Below, piece after piece: positions 38,296-49,658 of a stretch of 64,000 nt of DNA. Each line of letters starts with the position of its first letter. The stretch's first letter is position 1. A program made the translations under genes and the position numbers. The notes under the pieces were generated by a model. It ran no database searches and was not told the DNA's origin. It saw only the letters and a list, made by a program, of their open reading frames with translations. The stretch is from Collinsella sp. (GTDB lineage: Bacteria; Actinomycetota; Coriobacteriia; Coriobacteriales; Coriobacteriaceae), in assembly GCA_019419525.1 (NCBI GenBank), contig DXZU01000026.1, positions 3,740-67,739 on the forward strand, in the 5' to 3' direction.

Positions 38296-39771
38296 TTACA
38301 GCGCCATCGTGCGGGCGCGATCGATGCGCGCCAGGCAGTCGTCGCGGCCGACGAGCGCCATGGTCTCGCCCAGCGGAGGGCTCACCATGTTGCCGCAGAC
38401 GGCGACGCGCACGGCCTGGAACACCACGCGCTTCTTGAGGTCCATCTGCTCGGGCAGCGGCTCAAGCGCGGCGTCGATGTTGGCAGCCGTCCACTCGTTC
38501 ACACCCTCGAGCGCGGCCTTGGCGGCATCAAGAATGGCACCCATGCCCTCCTTGGCCAGGCCCTTGTTGACGGATTTCTCGTCATACTCGAGCGTCTCGG
38601 CCGTAGCGAAAATGGGAGCGGCGACGGTCACGGCGTCGGCCGGCATCTTGGTGCGCGGCTTAACGATGGCGGCAAGCGCGTCGATCCAATCCTCGCCGTA
38701 CTCGACGTTACCTTCGATGAGACCCGCCTCGTGCAGCTCGGGGACCATGATCTCGTCGGCAAACTGAGCATCGGACATGCCGTTGATGTACTCGGCATTG
38801 ACCCAGTCGAGCTTCTTGGGGTCGAAGGTCGCCGGGTTCTTGGAGATGCGGTCGAGCGAGAACTTGCTGGCCAGGACATCGCGCGGGATGATCGTGGTCT
38901 CGCCGTCGAGCGACCAGCCGAGCAGCGCCAAGTAGTTGACGAAGGCGTCGGACAGGTAGCCGGCGTCGCGGTACTCCTCCACCGAGGTGGCGCCGTGGCG
39001 CTTGGAGAGCTTCTTGCCGTCGGCACCCAAGATCATGGAGATGTGGGCGAACGTAGGCACGGGCGCGCCGAGGGCCTCGTAGACCATGACTTGACGCGGG
39101 GTGTTGGACAGGTGGTCGTCGCCGCGGATGACGTGAGTGATCTTCATCATGGCGTCATCGACGACGGTCGCGAAGTTGTACGTGGGCGTGCCGTCGGAGC
39201 GGAAGATGACAAAGTCGTCAAGCTCCTTGGCGTCGAAGGTTACCTCGCCGTGGACGGCGTCGTGGATGACGACGTCGCCGCGGTCCTCGGGCACCTTGAT
39301 GCGCAGGACGTAGGACTCGCCGGCCTCGATGCGGCGACGGGCCTCCTCGGGATCAAGATCGCGGCAGCGGCGCTGATAGCCCTGGAAGGGGTCCTTGCGC
39401 TCCTGCGCGGCCTTACGGTCGGCATCGAGCTGCTCCTTGGTGCAGAAGCACGGATAGGCCTTGCCCTCGTCCCAGAGCTTCTGGGCTGCCTGCTTGTACA
39501 GGTCCAGGCGCTCGGTCTGTGCGTAGGGACCAAAGTCGCCGCCCACCTCGGGACCCTCGTCCCAGTCCAGGCCCAGCCAACGCATGGCGCGCAGGATGAT
39601 CTGCGTGTTCTCGTCGGTGGAGCGGGTGGGGTCGGTGTCGTCGATGCGCAGGATGAACGTGCCGCCGTTTGCACGGGCGAAAGCCCAGTTATAGATAGCG
39701 GTGCGGGCGCCGCCGATGTGCAGCTTGCCCGTCGGTGAGGGTGCAAAGCGGACGCGAACGTCTGATGCCAT
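38296..39771 (-). CDS. gltX: Glutamate--tRNA ligase
   Basis: RFAPSPTGKLHIGG and KLSKR motifs. Confidence 0.96.
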   Translation of the reverse strand: MASDVRVRFAPSPTGKLHIGGARTAIYNWAFARANGGTFILRIDDTDPTRSTDENTQIILRAMRWLGLDWDEGPEVGGDFGPYAQTERLDLYKQAAQKLWDEGKAYPCFCTKEQLDADRKAAQERKDPFQGYQRRCRDLDPEEARRRIEAGESYVLRIKVPEDRGDVVIHDAVHGEVTFDAKELDDFVIFRSDGTPTYNFATVVDDAMMKITHVIRGDDHLSNTPRQVMVYEALGAPVPTFAHISMILGADGKKLSKRHGATSVEEYRDAGYLSDAFVNYLALLGWSLDGETTIIPRDVLASKFSLDRISKNPATFDPKKLDWVNAEYINGMSDAQFADEIMVPELHEAGLIEGNVEYGEDWIDALAAIVKPRTKMPADAVTVAAPIFATAETLEYDEKSVNKGLAKEGMGAILDAAKAALEGVNEWTAANIDAALEPLPEQMDLKKRVVFQAVRVAVCGNMVSPPLGETMALVGRDDCLARIDRARTMAL

Positions 39772-39851
39772 GGAAATCTCCTCGATTGCAGGATGGATGT
39801 CTAACCGCACCAGTATAAAGCATCAAAGCAACCTCCGCACAAAGGGCACCT

Positions 39852-39949
39852 ACCTACTCATTGGGGACAGACTTAAATGACCAGTCATTGGACAACCTGT
39901 CGGCACTTAGGTAAGGGTAGTCATTTAAGTCTGTCCCCAATGAGTAGGT
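39852..39949. repeat. Perfect 30-bp inverted repeat (REPIN-like) in the gltX-metK divergent region
   Basis: ACCTACTCATTGGGGACAGACTTAAATGAC (39852-39881) and its exact reverse complement (39920-39949). Confidence 0.85.
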
Positions 39950-40054
39950 GCGGAAAGGGTGTGAATGTTTGATTTACGCGCTATGATGTGCCCTTGCATA
40001 GAGAGCCTGGCGGAATGGTAACGGTCGCCGGGACACGTTTTTGAAAGGACAATC

Positions 40055-41335
<1,281 letters not shown>

Positions 41336-41372
41336 GCCAACGGCAAAAGCTGCAGCCACATATCGATGCACC

Positions 41373-41408
41373 AAAAGAAGTACCGGCCCCAACCGGTACT
41401 TCTTTTTT
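41373..41408 (+). terminator. Intrinsic terminator after metK
   Basis: AAAAGAAGTACCGG-cccca a-CCGGTACTTCTTTTTT. Confidence 0.8.
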
Positions 41409-41502
41409 ATTAATCCGGTGGTGAAGATATTTCGATATAGGCATACGCAACGTCAGCAGCCAATGAATTTTGGAGCACATGCGCCTCTACCATGTATCCT
41501 TA

Positions 41503-41622
41503 GTCCCGAGAGGCGGGGCATAAGGTCGATCGCGAGTTCCGCACGAGCCGGAGAGCACTTAATGTGCTCTCCGTGCGAGCAGGACTGCCCGAGCAGGCGA
41601 CCTTATGCCCCGCCCTCGGGAC
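41503..41622 (+). other. 120-nt rod-like stem-loop upstream of serine dehydratase (candidate leader RNA, ncRNA or repeat)
   Basis: 25-bp outer stem 41503-41528/41598-41622 with one bulge; inner CGGAGAGCAC-ttaat-GTGCTCTCCG hairpin. Confidence 0.6.
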
Positions 41623-41647
41623 GATGGGACAAAACAAAGGAGCAGCC

Positions 41648-43255
41648 ATGGCAGGCAAGCCGCAAACACTAGCTACGACCTCGGCATTCGAGATCTTGGG
41701 CCCCGTCATGGTCGGCCCCAGCTCATCGCACACCGCCGGCGCCCTGCGCTGCGCCCAAGTTGCCGCCAGCCTGTTGGAAGGCCGCATCACCAAGGTCACC
41801 TTTGGCCTGTGGAACTCCTTTGCCCACACCTACCGCGGCCACGGCACCGACCGTGCGCTCGTCGCGGGCATCCTGGGCCTCGACACCGATGACGAGAACA
41901 TCAAGCAGGCCTTCGACCTCGCGCGCAAGCAGGGCCTCGAATATCACTTTGACATCAAGGGCGACGACGCCTCCATCCATCCCAATACCGTCGACATCGA
42001 CATGGTCGACGACACGGGCGCTACGGCACAGGTCCGTGGCGAGAGCCTGGGCGGCGGCAAGATGCGCATCAGCCGCATTAACGGCGTCGGCGTCGACATC
42101 TCGGGTATGTACTCGACGCTCTTCGTGGCGCACCAGGACGTCCCCGGCGTGCTCGCCGCGCTCACGAACCTGCTCGCCTACGCACACGTGAACATCGCCT
42201 TCTGCCGCACCTACCGCACCGAGGTGGGCGGTCAGGCCTACTCCGTCTTTGAGACCGACGGCGCGCCCGACGACACCGTCGTCCCCTTGCTGCGCAAGCT
42301 CGACAATGTCGATTACGCGACCTTTATCGAGCTCCCCGGTTCTGCCTCGTCGCTCTCCCCCGGCGTCTCGGCCAAAGAGATCTTCGACGACGGCGAGCAG
42401 CTGCTCGATGCGTGCGAGGAACTGGGGCTCAGCATCGGCGCCGTCATGGCCGTGCGCGAGGCACGCCTGACCGGTAAGGCGCACGCTGTCGCCGCCATGA
42501 GCCGCGTGCTCGACGTCATGCGCGAGGAGACCACGGCCCCCATCGTCAATCCGCAGCGCTCGCTCGGCGGGCTTATCGGCGGCGAGGCCAAGCTTGTCGA
42601 TGCCACCGGCCGCAACGACCTTGGCTCCAACTTAATGGGCCCCGTCCAGACTAACGCCGTGGCCCGTGCCATGGCCGTGCTCGAGCGCTCCGCCACAATG
42701 GGTGTAATCGTCGCAGCTCCGACGGCAGGATCCGCGGGCGTCGTCCCCGGCTGCGTGCTGGCGCTCGCCGACCACCTGCAGCTCGATGACGAACAGGTCA
42801 TGGACGCGCTCTACTGCGCAGCCGCCATCGGCCTCAACCTCACCACGAGCGCCTGCGTTGCCGGCGCCGAGGGCGGCTGCCAAGCCGAGGTGGGAAGCGC
42901 CGCCGCCATGGCTGCCGCCGCGCTGGTGCAGATGCTCGGGGGCACGCCCGAGCAGGCGCTCGACGCCAGTTCCATCGCGCTGAGTAACCTATTGGGACTC
43001 GTATGCGATCCCGTAGGAGGCCTCGTGGAGGTGCCCTGCCAAAACCGCAACGCTATCGGCGTGGCCGCGGCCTTCAGCTCGGCGCAGCTCGCCCTCGCCG
43101 GCATCAAGAGCCTGGTGCCGTTTGACCAGATGGCACACGTCATGCTCTCGGTTGGCCACGCGTTGCCGGCCACGCTGCGCGAGACGGCAAAGGGCGGCAT
43201 AGCGCAGGCTCCGGCCGCACTTTCGGCCTGTGCAAAATGCGGTGTGTGCGGGTAG
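41648..43255 (+). CDS. sdaA: Fe-S L-serine dehydratase, fused beta (with ACT domain) and alpha subunits
   Basis: GPVMVGPSSSHTAGA, GHGTDRA, DVPGVLA (ACT), AAPTAGSAG, GGCQAEVG, GLVCDPVGGLVEVPC; AAAGGAG RBS. Confidence 0.92.
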   Translation: MAGKPQTLATTSAFEILGPVMVGPSSSHTAGALRCAQVAASLLEGRITKVTFGLWNSFAHTYRGHGTDRALVAGILGLDTDDENIKQAFDLARKQGLEYHFDIKGDDASIHPNTVDIDMVDDTGATAQVRGESLGGGKMRISRINGVGVDISGMYSTLFVAHQDVPGVLAALTNLLAYAHVNIAFCRTYRTEVGGQAYSVFETDGAPDDTVVPLLRKLDNVDYATFIELPGSASSLSPGVSAKEIFDDGEQLLDACEELGLSIGAVMAVREARLTGKAHAVAAMSRVLDVMREETTAPIVNPQRSLGGLIGGEAKLVDATGRNDLGSNLMGPVQTNAVARAMAVLERSATMGVIVAAPTAGSAGVVPGCVLALADHLQLDDEQVMDALYCAAAIGLNLTTSACVAGAEGGCQAEVGSAAAMAAAALVQMLGGTPEQALDASSIALSNLLGLVCDPVGGLVEVPCQNRNAIGVAAAFSSAQLALAGIKSLVPFDQMAHVMLSVGHALPATLRETAKGGIAQAPAALSACAKCGVCG

Positions 43256-43404
43256 TGACCAAGAACGACTCGATAGTGGGACAAATGTCCCACCTCTTTT
43301 GAATGCCACCGTTTCCGTACCACAAACAACTAGGTAATCGCTATAATGCAAGCCCAGTAAAAACACGATGAACCGCAAGGCGAAAATCGAAGGATATGCA
43401 TACG

Positions 43405-45120
43405 ATGTCGCAAAACGATCGAACTCAACTGATTCCCGATCCGCAGCAGCCGAGCAGGCACACCGGTGGTGTTCAGTCGCCGCGTCCTATCGCGCCGAGT
43501 CACGGTCAGCAGCGAGGTGCGGCAAACGTTTCCCAACGTCCGAACAAGCAGCATCAGCAGCGCCAGACAAATGGCAATGCGCCCAAGCAGCCCCCCACGC
43601 ACGCTCGAGGCGATCGCGGCCCCGCACGCAAACCCGCCGAGAACAATAAGTTGGGCAAAAAGACGACGCTCTTTGTCGTTCTGGGTCTTATCGTCATTGT
43701 CTATATCGTAGGCGTCGTAGCGTTTTCGCAGGTAGCCTACCCCAACACCACTATCGCCGGCGTCGATGTCTCGTTCTCCAACGCTTCGTCTGCCGCCACC
43801 AAGGTCAACTCGGCTTGGAAGCACTATAAGCTCACCGTGACAGGCGATGACTTTAGCTGGACCTATCAGCCCGAGTCCGATGAGCCCATTGTCGACGGCG
43901 AAGCTGCCGCAAAAGAGATTATCAGCCGCAACGAAGCCATTGTATGGCCGGTTCGCCTTGTAGAATCCTTAAGCGGCAAGACCAAAACAACCGCTAGCTC
44001 CAACGAAGTCGATCTTGATCAAGACGTCGACCTGTCCATGCTCTCCGACACCTTTGACCAAAAGCAGTTTGAGAAGGATCTGGGCGCCGCCATCGACGAG
44101 TTTAACGAGGGGCGTTCGGGCGCGTTCGAGGCCAATAGCTCCTATGACGAGCAGGCCGGCAAGTTTACCGTCGAGAAGGCGCGCTCCAACGAAAAACTCA
44201 ACCGCGAGCATGTCATTAAGTATGCCGAGCTCGAGCTTGCCTCGCTGGCCGAGACCGTAGATCTTTCCAAGCTCGGCAACGATGCCTATGAGCCGCTCAA
44301 TGGAACGCTGACCGATGATCAGATTCAGTCTGCATGCGATGCCGCCAACAACTTCTTGGGCGTCAACGTGACCCTCAAGCTCAACGGCGAGGATGCCGGC
44401 AAGGTTGATGGCAGCTCCGTGTTGCAGTGGATCAGCTTTGCCGATCCGGCCAACCCCACGCTCGATACGTCGCAGATCAGCAGCTGGGCAGCCGAGCTCG
44501 CCAACGGCTTTAATACCGTGGGCTCCACTCGCTGGTGGACGCGCGCCGATGGCAAGCAGTGCGCCGTCGAAGGCGGCGACTTTGGTTGGTCCATCGACAG
44601 CAGCTCGCTCGCCAAGCAGGTCGAGGACGCCATCAACAACAAGCAGACCGGCGAAATCGAGATCAAGTACTCCCAGAAGGCCGACACATTTACCGCCAAG
44701 GGCGAGCCCGACTGGAAGGCCTATATCGACGTCGACCTGTCCGAGCAGCATGCGCGCTACTACGACGAGAGCGGCAACATCGTGTGGGAGGCCAACTTTA
44801 TTTCTGGCAAACCGGGCGAAGACGCCACCCCCGAGGGCGTATGGCAGATCAACAGCAACGATGGCGCCAGCAAACTCATCGGTGCCAAGGACCCCGAGAC
44901 CGGCAAGCCCAAATACGAGAGCCCGGTAAGCTACTGGATGCCGTTCGAGGGCAATATGGTCGGATTCCACGACGCCACCTGGCAAAACGACAAGAGCTTC
45001 GATAATGCCGAATCGTACAAGTGGTGCGGTAGCCACGGTTGCATCAACCTGCGCCTGGCAGACGCCAAGGCACTTCACGACTGCATCAAAGTCGGCCTGT
45101 GCGTAGTTGTCCACTCGTAG
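43405..45120 (+). CDS. Membrane-anchored L,D-transpeptidase (YkuD domain)
   Basis: One TM helix; YIDVDLSEQ, ATPEG, YWMPF, GFHDA, GSHGCINL catalytic motif. Confidence 0.9.
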   Translation: MSQNDRTQLIPDPQQPSRHTGGVQSPRPIAPSHGQQRGAANVSQRPNKQHQQRQTNGNAPKQPPTHARGDRGPARKPAENNKLGKKTTLFVVLGLIVIVYIVGVVAFSQVAYPNTTIAGVDVSFSNASSAATKVNSAWKHYKLTVTGDDFSWTYQPESDEPIVDGEAAAKEIISRNEAIVWPVRLVESLSGKTKTTASSNEVDLDQDVDLSMLSDTFDQKQFEKDLGAAIDEFNEGRSGAFEANSSYDEQAGKFTVEKARSNEKLNREHVIKYAELELASLAETVDLSKLGNDAYEPLNGTLTDDQIQSACDAANNFLGVNVTLKLNGEDAGKVDGSSVLQWISFADPANPTLDTSQISSWAAELANGFNTVGSTRWWTRADGKQCAVEGGDFGWSIDSSSLAKQVEDAINNKQTGEIEIKYSQKADTFTAKGEPDWKAYIDVDLSEQHARYYDESGNIVWEANFISGKPGEDATPEGVWQINSNDGASKLIGAKDPETGKPKYESPVSYWMPFEGNMVGFHDATWQNDKSFDNAESYKWCGSHGCINLRLADAKALHDCIKVGLCVVVHS

Positions 45121-45252
45121 TGCAACGCGCGCATTCCTACAACGTGGAACCGCTGCGACCAATCTAACAGTTCCGAAAGAAACCGTCCTATGCGCCCGCC
45201 CCAACCGGTGGGCGCATATAATTATCGAGGTTCTTTCTATAAAGGAGACGCT

Positions 45253-46689
45253 ATGCCGAATGTCCCCACGATCACCCCGGGCCCAGATGATACCGAGCGC
45301 ACGCCCAAAGGTGCCACCGAAACGATTCCTCTGATTACAAACGTACATGCCGACAAGCAGAGCGAACGCACGAACGATACGGCCGAGATTTCCGATGAAG
45401 AGGCATATGCCAAGCTCAAGGCAAAACGTGCCGAACGTCGACGCAAAAAGCTGATTCGACGCGGTATTGCCGCCGGCGTCGTAGGTGCCATCGCGCTCAT
45501 TGCCATTGTCGCAACCCTGGTTATCAATGCGCAGCCACAGGGCGCTAGCGAGCCTGTGACCGACATGGTGACCGAGGGCACGTTTACCACAACGGTCGAG
45601 GCGAAAGGCCAGCTCAAACCCATTTCGTCCTCAGTGGTCTCCCCTTCTGTCGACGGCACGGTCGATTCGATCAACGTGCAGGCAGGCCAATCCGTCAACG
45701 AGGGCGACGTGCTTATGACCATTAAAAACGACGAGCTCGATCGCAACGTTGCCGAGGCGCAGCGTGCAGTTGCAGCCGCCCAGGAAGACCTCGCCAACGC
45801 GCAGAAAGCCCTCGCTTCCGCGCAGGCCACCCCAACGACGGACGTCGATGCAGCTTCCGCCGCAGCGGCAGGCGCCTCCGCTGGGTCCGCCGACACGAAC
45901 ACCGTATCGGCCGCACAGCGCAGCCTCGCATCAGCCCAGGCAAACCTCGATCAGGCGAACGCCAAGGCCGCCGGGCGCACGGTTACGGCGCCGAGCTCGG
46001 GCAGCATCGTGGAGCTTAACGCCAAGGTGGGCGCCACGGTAACAGGCGGCATGATCATGGGCGAAAGCGATACGAGCGGCGGCAAGCAGTGCATGCAGAT
46101 CGCCGACCTCTCCAAGATGAAGGTAACGGTTCAGGTGGGCGAAAAGGACATCACCAAGATCGCCGTGGGCCAGAGCGCCAACGTGACCTATCCCGCGTTT
46201 CCCGATATTGTGAGCCAGGGGACGGTCACGGCCATCGCCTCGGTGGCAAACTCCGACTCCAACTCCGGCGGCGGCAGCGTAACCTTTAACGTCGACATCC
46301 TCATCGAGGCTCCCGACGCGCGCCTGAAGCCGGGCATGACAGCCGAGGTCTCGGTGGTGACCGAGCAGCTCGACGACGTGGTGATGGTGCCGACGATGGC
46401 GCTCATGACCGAAGATGGCGAACACTATTACGTCAACGTGGCAACCGATGACGAGGGCAAGCAAACCCGTCGCGTGAAGGTGACCATCGTGACACAAAAC
46501 GACAACGAAGCCGTAGTCGGCAAGACACAGATCAAGCGCGACGACCAGGGCAACGAAATCAATCCTGGCGTGCCCACAACCAAACTGCGCGACGGTGACA
46601 CCCTCGTCATGGACACCGGAGCGGGCGCAACGGCTGACGGCGGCCACAGCGCGGATTCGGGCAACATGTCTGCCGACGAGGGTATGTAA
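45253..46689 (+). CDS. MacA-like membrane-fusion/adaptor subunit
   Basis: TM anchor, lipoyl half-motifs, coiled coil, VTAPSSG, LKPGMTA. Confidence 0.85.
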   Translation: MPNVPTITPGPDDTERTPKGATETIPLITNVHADKQSERTNDTAEISDEEAYAKLKAKRAERRRKKLIRRGIAAGVVGAIALIAIVATLVINAQPQGASEPVTDMVTEGTFTTTVEAKGQLKPISSSVVSPSVDGTVDSINVQAGQSVNEGDVLMTIKNDELDRNVAEAQRAVAAAQEDLANAQKALASAQATPTTDVDAASAAAAGASAGSADTNTVSAAQRSLASAQANLDQANAKAAGRTVTAPSSGSIVELNAKVGATVTGGMIMGESDTSGGKQCMQIADLSKMKVTVQVGEKDITKIAVGQSANVTYPAFPDIVSQGTVTAIASVANSDSNSGGGSVTFNVDILIEAPDARLKPGMTAEVSVVTEQLDDVVMVPTMALMTEDGEHYYVNVATDDEGKQTRRVKVTIVTQNDNEAVVGKTQIKRDDQGNEINPGVPTTKLRDGDTLVMDTGAGATADGGHSADSGNMSADEGM

Positions 46690-47462
46690 TGCGTCCCGTC
46701 ATCGACATTCGCAACGTGCACCGTATCTTTGAGAGCGAGGCCGGCTGCGCCCATATCCTGCACAACGTGAGCCTGGCGGTAGATCCCGGCGAGTTCGTCG
46801 CTATCACCGGCCCCTCGGGCTCGGGCAAGTCGACGCTCATGAACATCCTAGGCTGCCTGGATAAACCGACGGCGGGCGATTACTTCCTGCAAGGGCTCAA
46901 CGTCGCCGAGCTCGACGATGATGAGCTCACCGAGGTGCGAGCGCTGAGCATCGGCTTTGTCTTTCAGAGCTTTAATCTGCTGCCGCGCCTGACGGTGATC
47001 GAAAACGTCATGCTGCCGCTGTCCTACACCAATGTGCCGCGCAGCCAGCGTGAGATGCGCGCCGTGCACGCGCTGCAAGCCGTCACGCTTCCGGTCGACC
47101 ATTGGGACCATCGTATATCGGAGCTGTCGGGCGGACAGATGCAGCGCGTCGCCATCGCACGCGCCCTCGTCAACGACCCGCCCATCATTTTGGCCGACGA
47201 GCCAACGGGAAATCTAGACTCGACAACCGGGGCGCTCGTCATGGAAACCTTCCACAAGCTCCAGAAACGCGGCAAGACCATCGTACTCATTACGCATGAC
47301 CCCGGCATCGCCGCCGAGGCCGATCGAGCCGTAACCATCCGTGACGGGCGAATCCATAACGGCGCATATGTCGCGCATACACCGAATACGTTACGCGGGG
47401 CCGTCAAAAACCTGCCCGCGATTTCTGCAACCACCAATCAGCCGAAAGGAGCGAAGGCATGA
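46689..47462 (+). CDS. ABC transporter ATP-binding protein (MacB/LolD-like)
   Basis: GPSGSGKST, LSGGQMQR, ADEPTGNLD, ITHD motifs. Confidence 0.93.
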   Translation: MRPVIDIRNVHRIFESEAGCAHILHNVSLAVDPGEFVAITGPSGSGKSTLMNILGCLDKPTAGDYFLQGLNVAELDDDELTEVRALSIGFVFQSFNLLPRLTVIENVMLPLSYTNVPRSQREMRAVHALQAVTLPVDHWDHRISELSGGQMQRVAIARALVNDPPIILADEPTGNLDSTTGALVMETFHKLQKRGKTIVLITHDPGIAAEADRAVTIRDGRIHNGAYVAHTPNTLRGAVKNLPAISATTNQPKGAKA

Positions 47463-48673
47463 ACACCCGCGATCTTGTCCAAGAAGCCCTTCACTCGCTC
47501 GAGGCCAACAAGGGACGCAGCCTGCTCACCATCCTTGGCATCGTCATTGGCATCGCCTCGGTCATCGCCATGACTTCGCTCATCGGCGGTATCCAAAACA
47601 GCCTGGTCAACAGCCTGGGCCTCAATGCAGCCCGCATGGTAGAGATCTATTCGTCCCAAGAACTCACCGATTCGGATGTGGAAAAGCTTCGCAAACTGGT
47701 GCCGCAGATTGAGCAGATCGGCATCGTCGATAGCGCCTATTCCGAGTACAAGGTCGGGGATAAAAGCTATACCGTCATGGCACACGGCGTCGATAGCGAC
47801 ATGCTCGATGCCGTGGGCGCCAGCAAGCTCGTTGCGGGACGCGTCTATTCACAGGCAGAGTCTCAATCAGGCTCGCGCGTGGCGCTCATCAGCCGCGGCG
47901 GCGCCGATCAGCTTTACGGCAACGAACAGGACGCACTGGGGAAAACCATCAAGGTGTCCAACGGCGAGGTGCAGATTGTAGGCGTGATTGATGGCGGCAG
48001 CGACTCCATGGGCTCGCTCACGCTGTATATGCCACGCGAAACCATCTCCGGCCTGTTTGGCGACGAGAATCCTTCATTTCCCAGCGTGACGGCACTTGCC
48101 GCCGAGGGCACAGACATGGACGAGCTCTGCAAGACCATCGAGTCTAAGGTGCGCGCGATGAAGGGCATCTCGGAGGATGATGAGTACGACAGCGTATCGG
48201 CGACCTCCATGAAAAGCGCCATCGATGCACTCAACTCGTTTATGGGCGCCTTCTCGCTCATCATGGGCGCTGTCGCCAGTATCTCACTGCTTGTCGGCGG
48301 AATCGGCATTATGAATATGATGCTTACCAACGTGACTGAGCGCATCCGCGAGATCGGTATTCGCCGTGCCTTGGGCGCCAGTCGCCGCGATATCACCGCG
48401 CAGTTTTTGGCCGAGTCCTCGGCGCTGTGCGTCACCGGTGGCCTGCTGGGTGTCCTGATTGGCTATCTGCTGGCCTGGGGCCTCGCGATGTTTGCCGCAG
48501 GATCAGGGGTTCTCAACGAGCTCGGGGCCAGTGGGGAGATCACACCGAGCTTTTCAATCGCCACGGTGCTGCTGGCCTTCGGCGTCTCCGTCGGCATCGG
48601 CGTAATCTTTGGCTTCTACCCCGCTCGCCGCGCGGCAAAGCTCAACCCGGTGGAGTGCCTACGCTACCAGTAA
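47459..48673 (+). CDS. ABC transporter permease (MacB/FtsX family)
   Basis: RSLLTILGIVIG, GGIGIMN, ERIREIGIRRALGA, PARRAAKLNP motifs. Confidence 0.92.
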   Translation: MNTRDLVQEALHSLEANKGRSLLTILGIVIGIASVIAMTSLIGGIQNSLVNSLGLNAARMVEIYSSQELTDSDVEKLRKLVPQIEQIGIVDSAYSEYKVGDKSYTVMAHGVDSDMLDAVGASKLVAGRVYSQAESQSGSRVALISRGGADQLYGNEQDALGKTIKVSNGEVQIVGVIDGGSDSMGSLTLYMPRETISGLFGDENPSFPSVTALAAEGTDMDELCKTIESKVRAMKGISEDDEYDSVSATSMKSAIDALNSFMGAFSLIMGAVASISLLVGGIGIMNMMLTNVTERIREIGIRRALGASRRDITAQFLAESSALCVTGGLLGVLIGYLLAWGLAMFAAGSGVLNELGASGEITPSFSIATVLLAFGVSVGIGVIFGFYPARRAAKLNPVECLRYQ

Positions 48674-48685
48674 GCCACCACCAAC

Positions 48686-48754
48686 AAGTTGCGGTGAATT
48701 AGGAACCGAATATGCTATCTAGCAGCATAAACAGACACTATTTCACCGCAACTT
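48686..48754. repeat. Palindromic REP/MITE-like element, copy 2
   Basis: AAGTTGCGGTGAATTAG...CTATTTCACCGCAACTT; arms match the element at 32478. Confidence 0.7.
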
Positions 48755-48763
48755 ATTGAAGGA

Positions 48764-48862
48764 CTGTTTGCGCCAGTTCTGGGCGTCGTCCTCGAGCTAT
48801 TGATGGATGACGGGCTTGTACGGGTCGAGCTTGCACGGGGCGCTCCTCCTCGCGGGCGGGAG
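48764..48862 (-). mobile_element. Short IS21-family (IstA) transposase remnant
   Basis: Hand translation PPARRSAPCKLDPYKPVIHQ*LEDDAQNWRKQ resembles the IstA motif KLDPYK..I..WL..D...RKQRHT. Confidence 0.6.
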
Positions 48863-48884
48863 GGCGCGCAGGCGCGGCAAGCGC

Positions 48885-49658
48885 CTAGCGCGCGAACTCC
48901 CGTAAGAGCGCGTCTTCCACTTCCCGAAGCGAAAGGGCCCCGCCTCCCTCGGCGGGACGGGTGACCACGATGCAGCGCGCTCCCACGTCGCGCGCGGAGG
49001 CGAGCTTCTCGGCCGTGCCGCCTACGGTTCCCGAGTCCTTGGTCACAAGCCACTGGGCGCCCACCTGCCGAAGCATCGCCTCGTTGAGCTCGCGGGTGAA
49101 GGGCCCCTGCATGCCGATGACGTGCGACGGCGAAAACCCCGCGTCGATGCACTTCGTTATAGCACCGGGCAGCGGGAGCACGCGCACGAAGAAGCGCTCC
49201 GCGAAATCGGCGACGCGCGTGTAGGGAGCAAGCTCCTTGCTCCCCGTCGTGAGAAGCGCGCGACCCGGGTTCTCGGAGAGAAAGCACGCCGCGCAGGCGA
49301 TCGACGCGACCGACACGACGCCTTTGGGCAGCGCCTCGGCCGGGCGCGCAAGGCGCAGGCATCGTGCACCCACGGCGAGCGAAGCGGCCCGGATGTTGCC
49401 GCTTGCGAGCGTAGCGAAGGGGTGCGTGGCGTCGACGACGATGCGCGCGCCGGAAAGCTCGCGCTCCATGTCGGCCTCGTCGAGCCTGCTCGCATGCACC
49501 TCGATGCCCGGAAGCTCGCTCAAAAGCTCACCTCCGTACTCGGTTGCCGCGTAGGCACGGGCGGGGACGCCCGCCCCGCTCGCCCATTCGCACAGAAGGC
49601 GGCCCTCGGTGGTGCCGGCGAAGATGCGCAGCGCCGGCACGGATGCGGGGGCCGTCAC
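48885..49658 (-). CDS. cbiJ: Cobalt-precorrin-6A reductase
   Basis: FAGTTEGR, VDATHPFA, TTGSKEL, GMQGPF, VTKDSG motifs. Confidence 0.9.
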   Translation of the reverse strand: MTAPASVPALRIFAGTTEGRLLCEWASGAGVPARAYAATEYGGELLSELPGIEVHASRLDEADMERELSGARIVVDATHPFATLASGNIRAASLAVGARCLRLARPAEALPKGVVSVASIACAACFLSENPGRALLTTGSKELAPYTRVADFAERFFVRVLPLPGAITKCIDAGFSPSHVIGMQGPFTRELNEAMLRQVGAQWLVTKDSGTVGGTAEKLASARDVGARCIVVTRPAEGGGALSLREVEDALLREFAR

